Assembly (NCBI GenBank): GCA_937896225.1
Contig: CALBMZ010000063.1
Location: 74,200-138,199, forward strand
DNA length: 64,000 nucleotides
Direction: 5' to 3'
DNA from: an uncultured Alcaligenaceae bacterium
GTDB lineage: Bacteria; Pseudomonadota; Gammaproteobacteria; Burkholderiales; Burkholderiaceae_B
Part shown: in pieces, positions 17,918 to 27,506 of the stretch
Position numbering within the stretch: position 1 is the stretch's first letter
Layout: each line of letters begins with the position of its first letter
The notes under the pieces: generated by a model
Databases searched by the model: none
What the model was told of the DNA's origin: nothing
What the model saw: the letters and a program-made list of their open reading frames with translations, nothing else
Made by a program: the position numbers and the translations under genes

Positions 17918-18810
17918 TCACCACTTCTAAACATCGCGGCATTATTTTGGCAGGCGGTTCAGGCACACGACTCTACCCCGTCACGCAAGCTGTTTCCAAA
18001 CAGCTCATGCCTATTTACGACAAACCAATGATTTATTACCCCCTCAGCACACTGATGCTTGCGGGCATACAAGACGTCTTAATTATTTCCACACCACAAG
18101 ATACCCCTCGCTTTGAGGCGCTTTTGGGCGATGGTAGCCAATGGGGTATGTCGTTGCAATACGCCGTGCAACCTTCACCAGACGGTTTAGCACAAGCCTT
18201 TATTATTGGTCGCGACTTTGTTGGCAACCGCCCCAGCACGTTAGTGTTAGGTGACAACATTTTTTACGGTCACGACTTAAGTATTTTGTTAGCCAATGCC
18301 AGCGCTCAACCTTTAGGGGCTACGGTATTTGCTTATCACGTACATGACCCTGAACGTTACGGTGTAGTTGAGTTCGATGCCAACCATCGCGCCATCAGTA
18401 TCGAAGAAAAACCAGCCCAACCGCGTAGCCCATTTGCCGTCACAGGTTTATATTTTTATGACCAACAAGTCTGTGACATTGCCGCCAATATTAAACCTTC
18501 GCATCGGGGTGAGCTTGAAATTACGGATGTCAATCGCGTCTATTTAGAAGCAGGCCAACTCAACGTTGAAACCATGGGGCGCGGTTATGCCTGGCTTGAT
18601 ACCGGTACGCACGACAGCTTACTTGAAGCGGCCAGCTTCATCAGTACCTTACAAAAGCGACAAGGCTTGATGGTTTCCTGCCCAGAAGAAATTGCCTTGA
18701 ACCTAAAATGGATCGATGCTGAACAAATCGAACGACTCGCCAACCCATTGAAAAAAAATGCGTATGGTCAATATCTGCTTAACTTAGTAAACCGTCCTCA
18801 TTCGTCTTAG
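17914..18810 (+). CDS. rfbA: glucose-1-phosphate thymidylyltransferase
   Basis: Carries the [16 protein letters not shown] motif. ATGA overlap with rfbB. Confidence 0.96.
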   Translation: MITTSKHRGIILAGGSGTRLYPVTQAVSKQLMPIYDKPMIYYPLSTLMLAGIQDVLIISTPQDTPRFEALLGDGSQWGMSLQYAVQPSPDGLAQAFIIGRDFVGNRPSTLVLGDNIFYGHDLSILLANASAQPLGATVFAYHVHDPERYGVVEFDANHRAISIEEKPAQPRSPFAVTGLYFYDQQVCDIAANIKPSHRGELEITDVNRVYLEAGQLNVETMGRGYAWLDTGTHDSLLEAASFISTLQKRQGLMVSCPEEIALNLKWIDAEQIERLANPLKKNAYGQYLLNLVNRPHSS

Positions 18811-18816
18811 GAAGTT

Positions 18817-19356
18817 ATGTACACCGTTACACCTACTGCTATTGCAGACGTTCTAATTCTTGAACCACAAGTTTTCGGTGACAGCCGGGGTTTCTTTTTA
18901 GAAAGCTTTAACGCTCGTGACTTTACCCAAGCCACTGGGTTAGACGTTCAGTTTGTACAAGACAACCACAGTCGCTCCAAAAAAGGGGTTTTGCGAGGGT
19001 TGCATTTTCAAGTAGACCACCCACAAGGCAAATTAGTGCGGGTAACAGAAGGTGAGGTTTTTGATGTAGTGGTTGATATTCGTCGCGACTCACCCACATT
19101 AGGCCAGTGGGTCAGCGCGACCTTAAGCGGTGCCAATCACAAGCAAATGTGGGTGCCTCCTGGTTTAGCGCATGGTTTTTTAGTACTCAGCGAAACGGCT
19201 GATTTTTTATATAAGACAACCGACTATTATCACCCTGAGTCTGAGCGCACCTTGCTGTGGTCAGACCCTGCAATCGGTATTGAATGGCCCGCCGTCACAC
19301 CACTAACATTGGCCACAAAAGATCTAGCGGGTTTAACGTTAGCGACATTATTGTAA
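18817..19356 (+). CDS. rfbC: dTDP-4-dehydrorhamnose 3,5-epimerase
   Basis: Cupin-fold epimerase motifs: FGDSRGFF, RGLHFQ, VPPGLAHGF. Confidence 0.95.
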   Translation: MYTVTPTAIADVLILEPQVFGDSRGFFLESFNARDFTQATGLDVQFVQDNHSRSKKGVLRGLHFQVDHPQGKLVRVTEGEVFDVVVDIRRDSPTLGQWVSATLSGANHKQMWVPPGLAHGFLVLSETADFLYKTTDYYHPESERTLLWSDPAIGIEWPAVTPLTLATKDLAGLTLATLL

Positions 19357-19377
19357 AAACCCCCATACTTGAATGAT

Positions 19378-19407
19378 GTTGACAGGCGCTTCCCTCATCC
19401 GTAAAAA
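19378..19407 (+). promoter_or_regulatory. sigma70-like promoter candidate
   Basis: TTGACA at 19378-19383, a 17-nt spacer, then TAAAAAT at 19401-19407. This would give a leader of roughly 130 nt before ATG 19541. Confidence 0.45.
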
Positions 19408-19540
19408 TACTAGCGTAATTGATACAAATAATAGGTCTGTAAAGTCTTGTTACAAATTAGTGCTCATTTGACAACTTAAGTGTCTAAATAAGTTTCATTT
19501 CGTTTGTAGCATAGCAGTTCAATTTTATTTGAGATCAGCT

Positions 19541-19999
19541 ATGTTTATGCTTAATGAACGAGACACCATACGAACGCGCCATGTGCCATACCCCGATGCC
19601 AGCAGCCTTAAAAAGTCTTTTTCAAAAGAGTTGCTAGCGTCGCTTCAACGAGAATATGGCGGCCGCTTACCTTCTATTGCTACCGTTGCACGCGACTTCT
19701 CGCTTCGTGCACCACACTTAAGGCATGTTAGCGGTGAAGCCATTCGCAAATGGCTAAGCGGCGCTTCCGTGCCACATATGTCCCGCATGACGGTGTTGGT
19801 TGAGTGGTTAGGCCCAGAACTACGCGAGGTATTTGAGCGCAAAACCAACGGTCACCGAACTTACGACAACTCAGCCCAGGTCACTACACCTTTACAGCGT
19901 GTATTAATTGAAACCGCCTTACAGCTATCTGCACAAGACGCCGCCGCCGCACTAACTTTATTGCGAGACTTGTTACATACGCACCCAAATTCACCTTAA
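19541..19999 (+). CDS. hypothetical DNA-binding protein, XRE-like helix-turn-helix
   Basis: The segment SIATVARDFSL...VSGEAIRKWLSGASVPHMSRMTVLVEWLG resembles an XRE/Cro-type HTH with an insertion. I recognised no closer family. It lies 9 nt upstream of the EamA gene. The track ORF begins at TTG 19529. Confidence 0.5.
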   Translation: MFMLNERDTIRTRHVPYPDASSLKKSFSKELLASLQREYGGRLPSIATVARDFSLRAPHLRHVSGEAIRKWLSGASVPHMSRMTVLVEWLGPELREVFERKTNGHRTYDNSAQVTTPLQRVLIETALQLSAQDAAAALTLLRDLLHTHPNSP

Positions 20000-20008
20000 C
20001 ATGTAGGC

Positions 20009-20908
20009 ATGAAGGGCAAAGACCTTACTGATCTCATACTGATCGCTGCTATTTGGGGCAGCTCTTTTATTTTTCTGCGAATGTCCGTTGATAGTTTTGG
20101 GCCCTTTGCCTTAATTGCCTTACGTACAAGCCTTGCCTTAGCCGTTTTGCTACCTATTTTATTGTGGCAAGAAAAGTTACCGTTAGTGATTAAGCATTGG
20201 CGGCCCATTTTCACCGTTGGCATCATTAATGCAGCGATTCCGTTTTGTTTGTTGGCTTATGCGGCCATCAATATTCCTGCGGGTGTTCTGTCAATTTTGA
20301 ATGCCTCAACCCCTTTATGGGGGGCAACCATTGCATGGGTTTGGTTTAAAGACAAACTTCCATTTTGGAGGTTAGTTGGTTTATTCATTGGTTTTTTTGG
20401 CATCATGATGCTGGTATGGGACGAGTTTGAACTTGATGCCGTATTGTCTTCGGGTTTGGCTTTGGGTGCCGGGTTATTGGCACCGTTATCTTATGGTTTG
20501 TCAGCCAATTACACTAAAAAGCATCTTATGGGTACAGACCCCCTTGCCGTAGCAACAGGGTCGCTCATATCGGCCTCAATTGTGCTTGCACCCCTTGCTT
20601 GGTTAACGTGGCCTACAGCCCCTATTGAAAGTCGGGCTTGGGCTGCCGTATTCATGCTCGCATTACTTTGCACGGCCTTTACTTACATTATTTTTTACCG
20701 CCTGATTATGGTTGTGGGCCCCGCTAAAGCCAGCACCGTCACGTTCTTAATTCCCATCTTTGGCGTGCTGTGGGGCTGGCTCTGGCTTGAAGAGCATGTG
20801 ACGCAACAAATTTTAATGGGGGCTGGAATCATTATTGCCGGTACAGCATTAGCCACTGGCATTGTGACGGAAAACGTGTGGCGTCGTAAATTTAATCGGC
20901 ATAACTAG
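20009..20908 (+). CDS. EamA/DMT-family transporter
   Basis: 299 aa with about ten hydrophobic segments in two EamA-like halves. Confidence 0.85.
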   Translation: MKGKDLTDLILIAAIWGSSFIFLRMSVDSFGPFALIALRTSLALAVLLPILLWQEKLPLVIKHWRPIFTVGIINAAIPFCLLAYAAINIPAGVLSILNASTPLWGATIAWVWFKDKLPFWRLVGLFIGFFGIMMLVWDEFELDAVLSSGLALGAGLLAPLSYGLSANYTKKHLMGTDPLAVATGSLISASIVLAPLAWLTWPTAPIESRAWAAVFMLALLCTAFTYIIFYRLIMVVGPAKASTVTFLIPIFGVLWGWLWLEEHVTQQILMGAGIIIAGTALATGIVTENVWRRKFNRHN

Positions 20909-21840
20909 GCCCAAGGTAATAGGCTTTCTTTTGCGGCAGACTTAACCATTTTTGTGAGCTTTGTCACGGCTTCAGAGGTGTGTGACCAATGTTGCCAATA
21001 CAACGTGATGTCAATTGGGGCGTTGGGTACCACCTCAACCCACTTTTCCGGCACCGTTTTCGAATGGGTATTTGACTGGGCTTGCGGCTGATCAAGCTGC
21101 GAAAGCAAATCAGGCACCATGCCCCACCCCAAACCTAACTCAATAGCTTGGCTAAACGCCTCAATGGCAGGTACGTAATGTTTAGGGTATTGAGGCGATT
21201 GCAAACCGAAAAATTTAAATAAAAATGTATCTTGTAAAGCGTCTTTTTGATTGAAAATAATAGCTGGCAATTTAAGTAATTTATGTATCGACACCTGCCC
21301 TTTGGGTGTGCGGCACCGCTCAACTAAGTCAGGGTTAGCCAAACATCGATACCGCATTTGCCCCAACGGCTCAGAGACACAACCTTTCATCGGTGTAGCC
21401 AAAGTGGTGACGCACCCCAAAGCCTCACCACTTTTAAGCGCTGCGTGCGTATGGTCTTGATCGTCAATGGTGATGTCAATCAACAATTTAGACTTTACCA
21501 ACAAAGGGGCCACGCCCGGTAAAAACCAAGTAGAAACAGAATCAGCATTGACTGCCACACTTAAGGTTTGCCAACGTTTCACCCCACCTGTTTGTAACGC
21601 TGACCATACATCATCATGCAACATTTGAACGCGTTGCATATAAGCCATGAGCGTTTGGCCAGAAGTTGTTAAACGGACTGTTTTACCCCGTATTAAAACG
21701 CGAGCCCCCAACAACACTTCTAGCGACTTAATGCGCAACGATACCGCGGCCACTGACAAATTCAAGGCATGGGCAGCGCCTTGAAAACTACCTGCGTTGG
21801 CGACAGCTTTTAATGCTTCGATTAATTTTGGATCAAACAT
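20905..21840 (-). CDS. LysR-family regulator, ArgP/LysG-like
   Basis: Has an N-terminal wHTH (GSFQGAAHALNLSVAAVSLRIKSLE). It is divergently paired with a LysE/ArgO-family exporter across a 186-bp AT-rich spacer, the classic ArgP-ArgO / LysG-LysE layout. Confidence 0.8.
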   Translation of the reverse strand: MFDPKLIEALKAVANAGSFQGAAHALNLSVAAVSLRIKSLEVLLGARVLIRGKTVRLTTSGQTLMAYMQRVQMLHDDVWSALQTGGVKRWQTLSVAVNADSVSTWFLPGVAPLLVKSKLLIDITIDDQDHTHAALKSGEALGCVTTLATPMKGCVSEPLGQMRYRCLANPDLVERCRTPKGQVSIHKLLKLPAIIFNQKDALQDTFLFKFFGLQSPQYPKHYVPAIEAFSQAIELGLGWGMVPDLLSQLDQPQAQSNTHSKTVPEKWVEVVPNAPIDITLYWQHWSHTSEAVTKLTKMVKSAAKESLLPWA

Positions 21841-22026
21841 GACTTCTCAGTTGGAAATTTGACCTGTTGAGATAAAGCGTTTTGAATTGTTTTCAGTATT
21901 ACTTAACAAAACTAATTTATTTTAAAAATTATTTAAATATTAGTCGGTTTCCCTCAATATATCTATCTATTCCTGTATTCCTTTCTTTCGTTCACTCCAT
22001 TTATCAAATATTTAAGGCAGATTATT

Positions 22027-22689
22027 ATGCAGCATATCTCCCTTGGGTTCATTTCAACTTTCTCTGCTGGCTTAGTCTTAAGCCTGTCACTCATCGCTGC
22101 AATGGGCCCTCAAAATGCACACATTCTTAGACTGGGCCTGAACCGTCAATATTTATGGACAACGGTTATCACCAGTACCCTTGCAGATGCTGCACTGATC
22201 GCTCTAGGCGTACTAGGGCTGGGTAAGTTGGGAGGATTATCCATTCACTTTCAACAATTTATGTTGATCGGCGGCACCCTTTTCTTGCTGTACTACGGGG
22301 GTAGAGCTGGTTTGCGTTGCTTAACCAGCCCTCAAAAACTTGAGTTCATCACGCCGCCCCAACCACCTAATATCATTGAGTCAAAGCGCCAAGCGATTGT
22401 GATGGCTCTGGTGTTTTCTTGGCTTAACCCGCATGCTTGGGTTGATACAGCCATACTAATAGGTGCCGCATCGCTGGCCTATGGCTCGCCTGGCAATGCC
22501 GTTTTTGGTGCGGGAGCTGTTGTGGGGTCAATGGTGTGGTTTGTTTTATTTGGTGCCGTACTATGCTGGTTAGGTGCGCGTTTAAATCAATTCAACCCAT
22601 GGCGTGCAATTGATGGTTTGGTTGCCATCATGATGCTGGGCACAGCCATATATTTAATACGATCGCTGTCGCTTTTAATGGCTCAATGA
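22027..22689 (+). CDS. LysE/ArgO-family basic amino acid exporter
   Basis: 220 aa with an N-terminal GPQNAHILRLG motif and the multi-TM pattern of LysE-type translocators. Confidence 0.85.
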   Translation: MQHISLGFISTFSAGLVLSLSLIAAMGPQNAHILRLGLNRQYLWTTVITSTLADAALIALGVLGLGKLGGLSIHFQQFMLIGGTLFLLYYGGRAGLRCLTSPQKLEFITPPQPPNIIESKRQAIVMALVFSWLNPHAWVDTAILIGAASLAYGSPGNAVFGAGAVVGSMVWFVLFGAVLCWLGARLNQFNPWRAIDGLVAIMMLGTAIYLIRSLSLLMAQ

Positions 22690-22708
22690 AAAGGCGTGTA
22701 TCGCATCA

Positions 22709-23554
22709 TTATTTATTGATACCAAAGTTTGTATACGACTGCCCTTCAGCCGAAACTGAATCGTAATACTTAGGCTTGTTAGCATCAGGCGGGTTAATTG
22801 CCCACATGGCTCGCTTGTCATAAGATGAATCAAAGTGAACCATAGTGGCGCACAAAAATAAACTACGCACCTTGACACCAACCATGCGCAAACGACGATC
22901 AATATCAGAGTCTTCAGCACCCCATTGAGCACGGAAGCGTTCATCAAATCCGTTTATAGATAGTAAATCTTGGCGGTAAAGTGAAAAGTTACACCCAATA
23001 ATGCCACGATCTTTATGACTAAACAGATTCAATTTTGACCACGCGATACGGACCCCTTTCTCAATATTGCGGGCGCGTTTAGTAAGTGACATATGAAAAA
23101 GTCGAACTTTATTATGCCTAAAAATAGACTCAGGGTGTCGCATAACAAGCATATTTAATGCAGCACGCGGTAAGTCAATACGCCGTCCAGTTAAACATTG
23201 TCGTGGCTGTGCCAAGCGCAAGTGATCGTCCACAAAACCTGTTTGGGGCACGCAATCACCGTCAATAAAAATTAAATATGGGGTTTGAGCATGTGCCACG
23301 GCTTGATTCAACACAATCGTTTTACCAAAACCGTCGTCAGCCTGCCAGTAATGACTGATTTTAAAAGGGTAGCCGTACTGCTGCGCACGCTTAACGTGTT
23401 CAACGAATTCGTTTGTGGAACCGTCGTCAGCAATGGCCACATCAAACTGATGATGCCACTGGCTTTTTAATGACTGCAATATGCACTCAAGGACTTGCCA
23501 GTCGTTATAGACTGCAATTACAACGGTAGCAGTTAAAGGTTTCGTCACCATCAT
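22709..23554 (-). CDS. family 2 glycosyltransferase
   Basis: VVIAVYNDW...ADDGS, a DGD (DxD) motif, and a C-terminal NGFDERF...WGAEDSD segment like the Glyco_transf_7C region. Overlaps the upstream EEP gene by 4 nt. Confidence 0.85.
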   Translation of the reverse strand: MMVTKPLTATVVIAVYNDWQVLECILQSLKSQWHHQFDVAIADDGSTNEFVEHVKRAQQYGYPFKISHYWQADDGFGKTIVLNQAVAHAQTPYLIFIDGDCVPQTGFVDDHLRLAQPRQCLTGRRIDLPRAALNMLVMRHPESIFRHNKVRLFHMSLTKRARNIEKGVRIAWSKLNLFSHKDRGIIGCNFSLYRQDLLSINGFDERFRAQWGAEDSDIDRRLRMVGVKVRSLFLCATMVHFDSSYDKRAMWAINPPDANKPKYYDSVSAEGQSYTNFGINK

Positions 23555-24417
23555 TCAAGCTCAAGCTCAGCCAAAATGGGCGAATGGTCTGACAAAATGC
23601 TCCAAGGTTTACCACGTAAAACATGCGCGCGTTTCACAGAAAAGCCCCGTTGATAAATGCGATCAAGCCTGAGCAAAGGAAACTTAGCGGGAAATGTTTT
23701 GGGTGGTGGTACAGGGTTGTAAGCACCAGTCATAGGCAGCTGATTCAAACGTTGTGCATCGTCACGGTATAGCGATTTTAACGGTTGATCACCTTTTAAA
23801 ATTTGCCTAATTTGACGCATGGAACGTCGCAGGCCAGGCACTCCACCACGTGTTTGCGATGCATGCGCGAAGACCTCATTCAGGCCTAACTGCTGCACAA
23901 ACATAGGGGCTAGTTCGTCACGCCAATCGTTAAAATCACCTGCAATTAAAACAGGAGCACCATCAGGTACCGTTTGACGAATGCGTTCGACCATTAAATC
24001 TACCTGGCGCTCGCGCCCCCCTGCAAATAAGCCTAGGTGCACCACAAAACAATGAACAATATGTTTACCCACTTGAACCTGTGCATGCAACAGACCACGT
24101 TGCTCTAAGACATGATCAGAAATGTCAAGGTTTTCAAAACTCATAATGGGATGGTGGGTGAGCAACGCATTACCGTGATCGGTATGCATGCGGACCGCAT
24201 TACAACCGTAAGCCACGTTCATGTGCAATGCAGCAGCCAATGATTCATGCTGCGCATGGGATGCCGTACGTTGCTCGTTACGCCCCTGCACCTCTTGTAA
24301 AAACATCAAATCAGGGCGCAACCCATGCAAATGCAAACGTAACGCTTGCAATGAATCACGCCCGCTTAACGAGCGGCCTTTATGAATGTTATAGCTGACG
24401 ATACGAAGTTCAGCCAT
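23551..24417 (-). CDS. endonuclease/exonuclease/phosphatase (EEP) family protein
   Basis: VSYNIHKG...FLQEV...GDFND...SDHSP are hallmark EEP motifs. It starts 8 nt after the aspS stop. Confidence 0.85.
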   Translation of the reverse strand: MAELRIVSYNIHKGRSLSGRDSLQALRLHLHGLRPDLMFLQEVQGRNEQRTASHAQHESLAAALHMNVAYGCNAVRMHTDHGNALLTHHPIMSFENLDISDHVLEQRGLLHAQVQVGKHIVHCFVVHLGLFAGGRERQVDLMVERIRQTVPDGAPVLIAGDFNDWRDELAPMFVQQLGLNEVFAHASQTRGGVPGLRRSMRQIRQILKGDQPLKSLYRDDAQRLNQLPMTGAYNPVPPPKTFPAKFPLLRLDRIYQRGFSVKRAHVLRGKPWSILSDHSPILAELELE

Positions 24418-24425
24418 ACCGACCT

Positions 24426-26270
24426 TTAGCCTGTCTGTTGACCTGCTTGAGGGTTAGACTTTGGCTCGGCCTTTGCCTCAGTCTTGACCTCTGTTTGACG
24501 TAAACGAATGTGTAACTCACGCAATTGCTTTTCATCAACCGCTGAAGGCGCCTGAGTAAGCAAACACTGAGCACGTTGCGTTTTGGGAAAGGCAATCACA
24601 TCACGTATCGAATCGGCGCCCGTCATCATGGTCACAATGCGATCTAAGCCAAAGGCAATACCGCCGTGTGGGGGAGCGCCGTACTGCAAGGCATCAAGCA
24701 AGAAACCAAACTTCAAACGGGCTTCTTCGTCATCAATTTTCAGAGCTCGGAACACTTTTGTTTGTACGCTTTCTTTGTGAATACGTACTGAACCACCGCC
24801 AATCTCCCAACCATTCAGCACCATATCGTAAGCTTTAGACAAAGCTTTACCTGGGTCGCTTTCAAGTAGATCTTCATGACCATCTTGCGGGCTGGTGAAG
24901 GGATGATGAGCCGCACTGTAGCGACCACTTTCTTCGTCATATTCAAACATAGGGAAATCTGTCACCCAGAGCGGACGCCACCCAGCCTGAAATAATTCAT
25001 GGGTTTTGCCAAACTCGCTATGACCAATTTTGACACGCAAAGCACCCATGGCATCATTAACCACTTTGTTACGATCGGCACCAAAGAACAAAATGTCGCC
25101 ATCTTTTGCGCCCGTTCGCTTGATCATTGCGGTTAATGCAGCATCATGAATATTTTTAACAATCGGTGATTGCAAACCATCGCGGCCTTTGGCAACTTCA
25201 TTGACCTTGATCCAGGCTAAACCTTTGGCACCATAAATGGACACAAATTTTGTGTAGGCATCAATTTCACTGCGCGAAATTTGACCACCCATTGGTACAC
25301 GTAACGCCACCACACGACTGCCTTCAGAACGAGCGGCTTGCGCAAACACATTAAAATCAACGTCTTGCATAATGTCTGACAAGTCAGTGAACTCTAACTT
25401 GACGCGAAGATCAGGCTTGTCTGAGCCATACAAACGCATGGCTTCGCCATAAGTCATGATCGGGAAGGGGTTGGCCAACTCAACGTTTTGCACCACTTTG
25501 AACACATGACGAATCATTTCTTCAAAGATTTCACGTATTTGTAATTCGTTCAAAAACGACGTTTCACAATCAATCTGGGTAAATTCAGGCTGACGGTCGG
25601 CCCGTAAATCTTCATCACGAAAACATTTAACAATTTGATAGTAACGATCAAAGCCTGACACCATCAACATTTGCTTAAACAATTGAGGTGATTGGGGCAA
25701 AGCAAAAAATTCGCCAGCATGCACACGTGACGGCACAAGATAATCGCGCGCGCCCTCAGGGGTGCTTTTTGTCAACATCGGTGTTTCAATATCTACAAAA
25801 CCCAATTGATCTAAAAATTTACGCACCTCAATTGAAACCCGATAACGCAACATTAAATTTTGCTGCATTGGTACACGACGTAAATCTAATACGCGATGCG
25901 TCAAACGCGTCGTTTCAGATAAATTGTCGTCATCAAGTTGAAAGGGCGGTGTAATCGAAGCGTTAAGCACTTCAACTTCGCGGCACAACACTTCAATTTC
26001 ACCTGAAGCCAAATCACCATTACTTGTACCCTCTGGGCGCAAACGCACCAAGCCTGTGATGCGAATACAAAACTCATTACGCAAATCTTCAGCGATGGCA
26101 AACGCAGGCGCGTTGTCAGGATCAAACACAACTTGCGCCAACCCTTCACGGTCGCGCAAATCGATAAAAATAACACCACCATGGTCACGGCGACGGTGCA
26201 CCCAACCAAATAAAGTGACTGTTTGGTCTAAATGATCGCGGCAGACCTTGCCGGTGTAACAAGTACGCAT
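24426..26270 (-). CDS. aspS: aspartate--tRNA ligase
   Basis: 614 aa class IIb synthetase, with an OB anticodon-binding N-terminus, [18 protein letters not shown] (motif 2) and GLDR (motif 3). Ends in a short Lys/Glu/Ala-rich C-terminal tail. Confidence 0.97.
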   Translation of the reverse strand: MRTCYTGKVCRDHLDQTVTLFGWVHRRRDHGGVIFIDLRDREGLAQVVFDPDNAPAFAIAEDLRNEFCIRITGLVRLRPEGTSNGDLASGEIEVLCREVEVLNASITPPFQLDDDNLSETTRLTHRVLDLRRVPMQQNLMLRYRVSIEVRKFLDQLGFVDIETPMLTKSTPEGARDYLVPSRVHAGEFFALPQSPQLFKQMLMVSGFDRYYQIVKCFRDEDLRADRQPEFTQIDCETSFLNELQIREIFEEMIRHVFKVVQNVELANPFPIMTYGEAMRLYGSDKPDLRVKLEFTDLSDIMQDVDFNVFAQAARSEGSRVVALRVPMGGQISRSEIDAYTKFVSIYGAKGLAWIKVNEVAKGRDGLQSPIVKNIHDAALTAMIKRTGAKDGDILFFGADRNKVVNDAMGALRVKIGHSEFGKTHELFQAGWRPLWVTDFPMFEYDEESGRYSAAHHPFTSPQDGHEDLLESDPGKALSKAYDMVLNGWEIGGGSVRIHKESVQTKVFRALKIDDEEARLKFGFLLDALQYGAPPHGGIAFGLDRIVTMMTGADSIRDVIAFPKTQRAQCLLTQAPSAVDEKQLRELHIRLRQTEVKTEAKAEPKSNPQAGQQTG

Positions 26271-26879
26271 TTAGCGAGACTCCTGCGGAGGTAAGGGTGG
26301 CACAACCACACCCATAGAAACAATGTACTTCAATGCTGTATCAACCGTCATATTAAGCGGCTTGATCTCAGCACGAGACATCATCAGAAAAAAACCAGAC
26401 GTTGGATTGGGTGTGGTGGGCACATACACACTGACCATATCACCAGGCAATTGGTTGGCTGCATCACCACCTGGGGTGCCCGTGATCAAAGCAATGGTCC
26501 AGACCCCAAGACGGGGATACTGTACCAAAACCGCTTGCCTAAACGCTTGACCATTAGGCGCCAATAGACTGTCGCCCACTTGCTTAACTGACTTATATAT
26601 TGAACGAATAAGGGGAATACGGCCTAGCAAGCGTTCCCATTGTTCGACCACACTGCGGCCCAAAAAGTTAGCGGCAAATAAACCGGTTAGCACCACCACG
26701 GCCAACACAATTAACATGCGCAGGCCTGGTATAGGTATACCAAACAGTGCATTGGCTGACAACGACTCAGGTATGAGGTTTTCAAGCGTAGTCACCAACA
26801 TAATAAGCACCCACGCCGTCACCACAAGCGGCGCCCAAATTAAGAGCCCTGTGACGAAGTATTTTTTAAATGCGCGCAT
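26271..26879 (-). CDS. DUF502 membrane protein
   Basis: 202 aa with two N-terminal TM helices and a YVPTTPNPTSGF motif typical of DUF502. Abuts the aspS start. Confidence 0.8.
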   Translation of the reverse strand: MRAFKKYFVTGLLIWAPLVVTAWVLIMLVTTLENLIPESLSANALFGIPIPGLRMLIVLAVVVLTGLFAANFLGRSVVEQWERLLGRIPLIRSIYKSVKQVGDSLLAPNGQAFRQAVLVQYPRLGVWTIALITGTPGGDAANQLPGDMVSVYVPTTPNPTSGFFLMMSRAEIKPLNMTVDTALKYIVSMGVVVPPLPPQESR

Positions 26880-26934
26880 AAATATTATTTGGCTTTAATT
26901 GGAACTATGTTTAAGTCGAGGGCTTTGCAACGCG

Positions 26935-27357
26935 CTAAGAAGCAGAAGAATTCGTATTGCTAGAACTGCTGTTGCTTGACCCCGTGCCGCTTGAAGGGCT
27001 AGCTGGTGCAGCACTTGACGCACCAGACTTTTCCCCTTTGCTTGCTGAATCACTACTGCTTGAATCTTTCGAAGCAGAGCTATCAGTGGCTGCGCCACTT
27101 GCTGCACCGTCTGAACTGCCACCTGAAACATCACTCTTAGCCGTCGCACTGCCATTTGCCCCAGCGCTACCACCGTTATTACGAAAGTCAGTTACATACC
27201 AACCTGAGCCCTTAAGCTGAAAGCCCGCTGCGGTAACTTGTTTGACATAAGTTTCTTGCTGGCAAGCCGGACAAACTGTCAACGGCGCAGCAGATAGTTT
27301 TTGTAAGGTGTCTTCGGCATGGCCACAAGACGAACATTTATAGGCGTAAATCGGCAC
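26935..27357 (-). CDS. FmdB-family zinc-ribbon protein with Ser/Gly-rich tail
   Basis: PIYAYKCSSCGH...CPACQ gives two CxxC pairs. The start could be GTG 27357 (family-typical MPIY...) or TTG 27375. The C-terminal ~80 aa are low complexity. Confidence 0.8.
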   Translation of the reverse strand: MPIYAYKCSSCGHAEDTLQKLSAAPLTVCPACQQETYVKQVTAAGFQLKGSGWYVTDFRNNGGSAGANGSATAKSDVSGGSSDGAASGAATDSSASKDSSSSDSASKGEKSGASSAAPASPSSGTGSSNSSSSNTNSSAS

Positions 27358-27397
27358 GACAAACCCCTTTGGCAAATCAACAAAATAGATGGGAAGC

Positions 27398-27427
27398 CTT
27401 TGATTTTAACGGTTTTTAAGATCAAAG
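27398..27427 (-). other. AT-rich stem-loop between GMC oxidoreductase and FmdB genes
   Basis: The arms 27398-27409 and 27416-27427 pair, with one mismatch on the minus strand or one wobble on the plus strand, around a 6-nt loop. The minus-strand downstream sequence is only moderately T-rich. Confidence 0.3.
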
Positions 27428-27506
27428 CTCTAACAGAGGCAGTTTTTATTCAATCACACGTCAAAACTAACCTATGTAAAAAAGGGCGAAACCTGTGGCT
27501 TAGCCT

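Noticed and set aside
19372-19470. 32-codon upstream ORF (MMLTGASLIRKNTS...) ahead of the XRE-like gene. It was considered as a leader peptide or small toxin.
   Set aside because: Its ATG lies upstream of, and overlaps, the -35 box of the only good promoter, so it would not be on that transcript. It has no SD and no hydrophobic or recognisable character.
21882-22130. 82-aa ORF in the divergent region between the ArgP-like and LysE-like genes.
   Set aside because: The composition is dominated by Phe, Tyr, Ile, Leu, Asn and Lys because of AT-rich DNA. It overlaps the well-supported exporter start out of frame. The region is better explained as the divergent promoter and operator.
26938-27180. 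Ser/Gly/Ala-rich tail of about 80 residues on the FmdB zinc-ribbon protein, plus the mirrored ORFs at 26957-27220 (+) and 26895-27173 (-).
   Set aside because: Low-complexity tails are common in this family. The extra ORFs are artefacts of the repetitive GC-rich codons and show no independent coding evidence.
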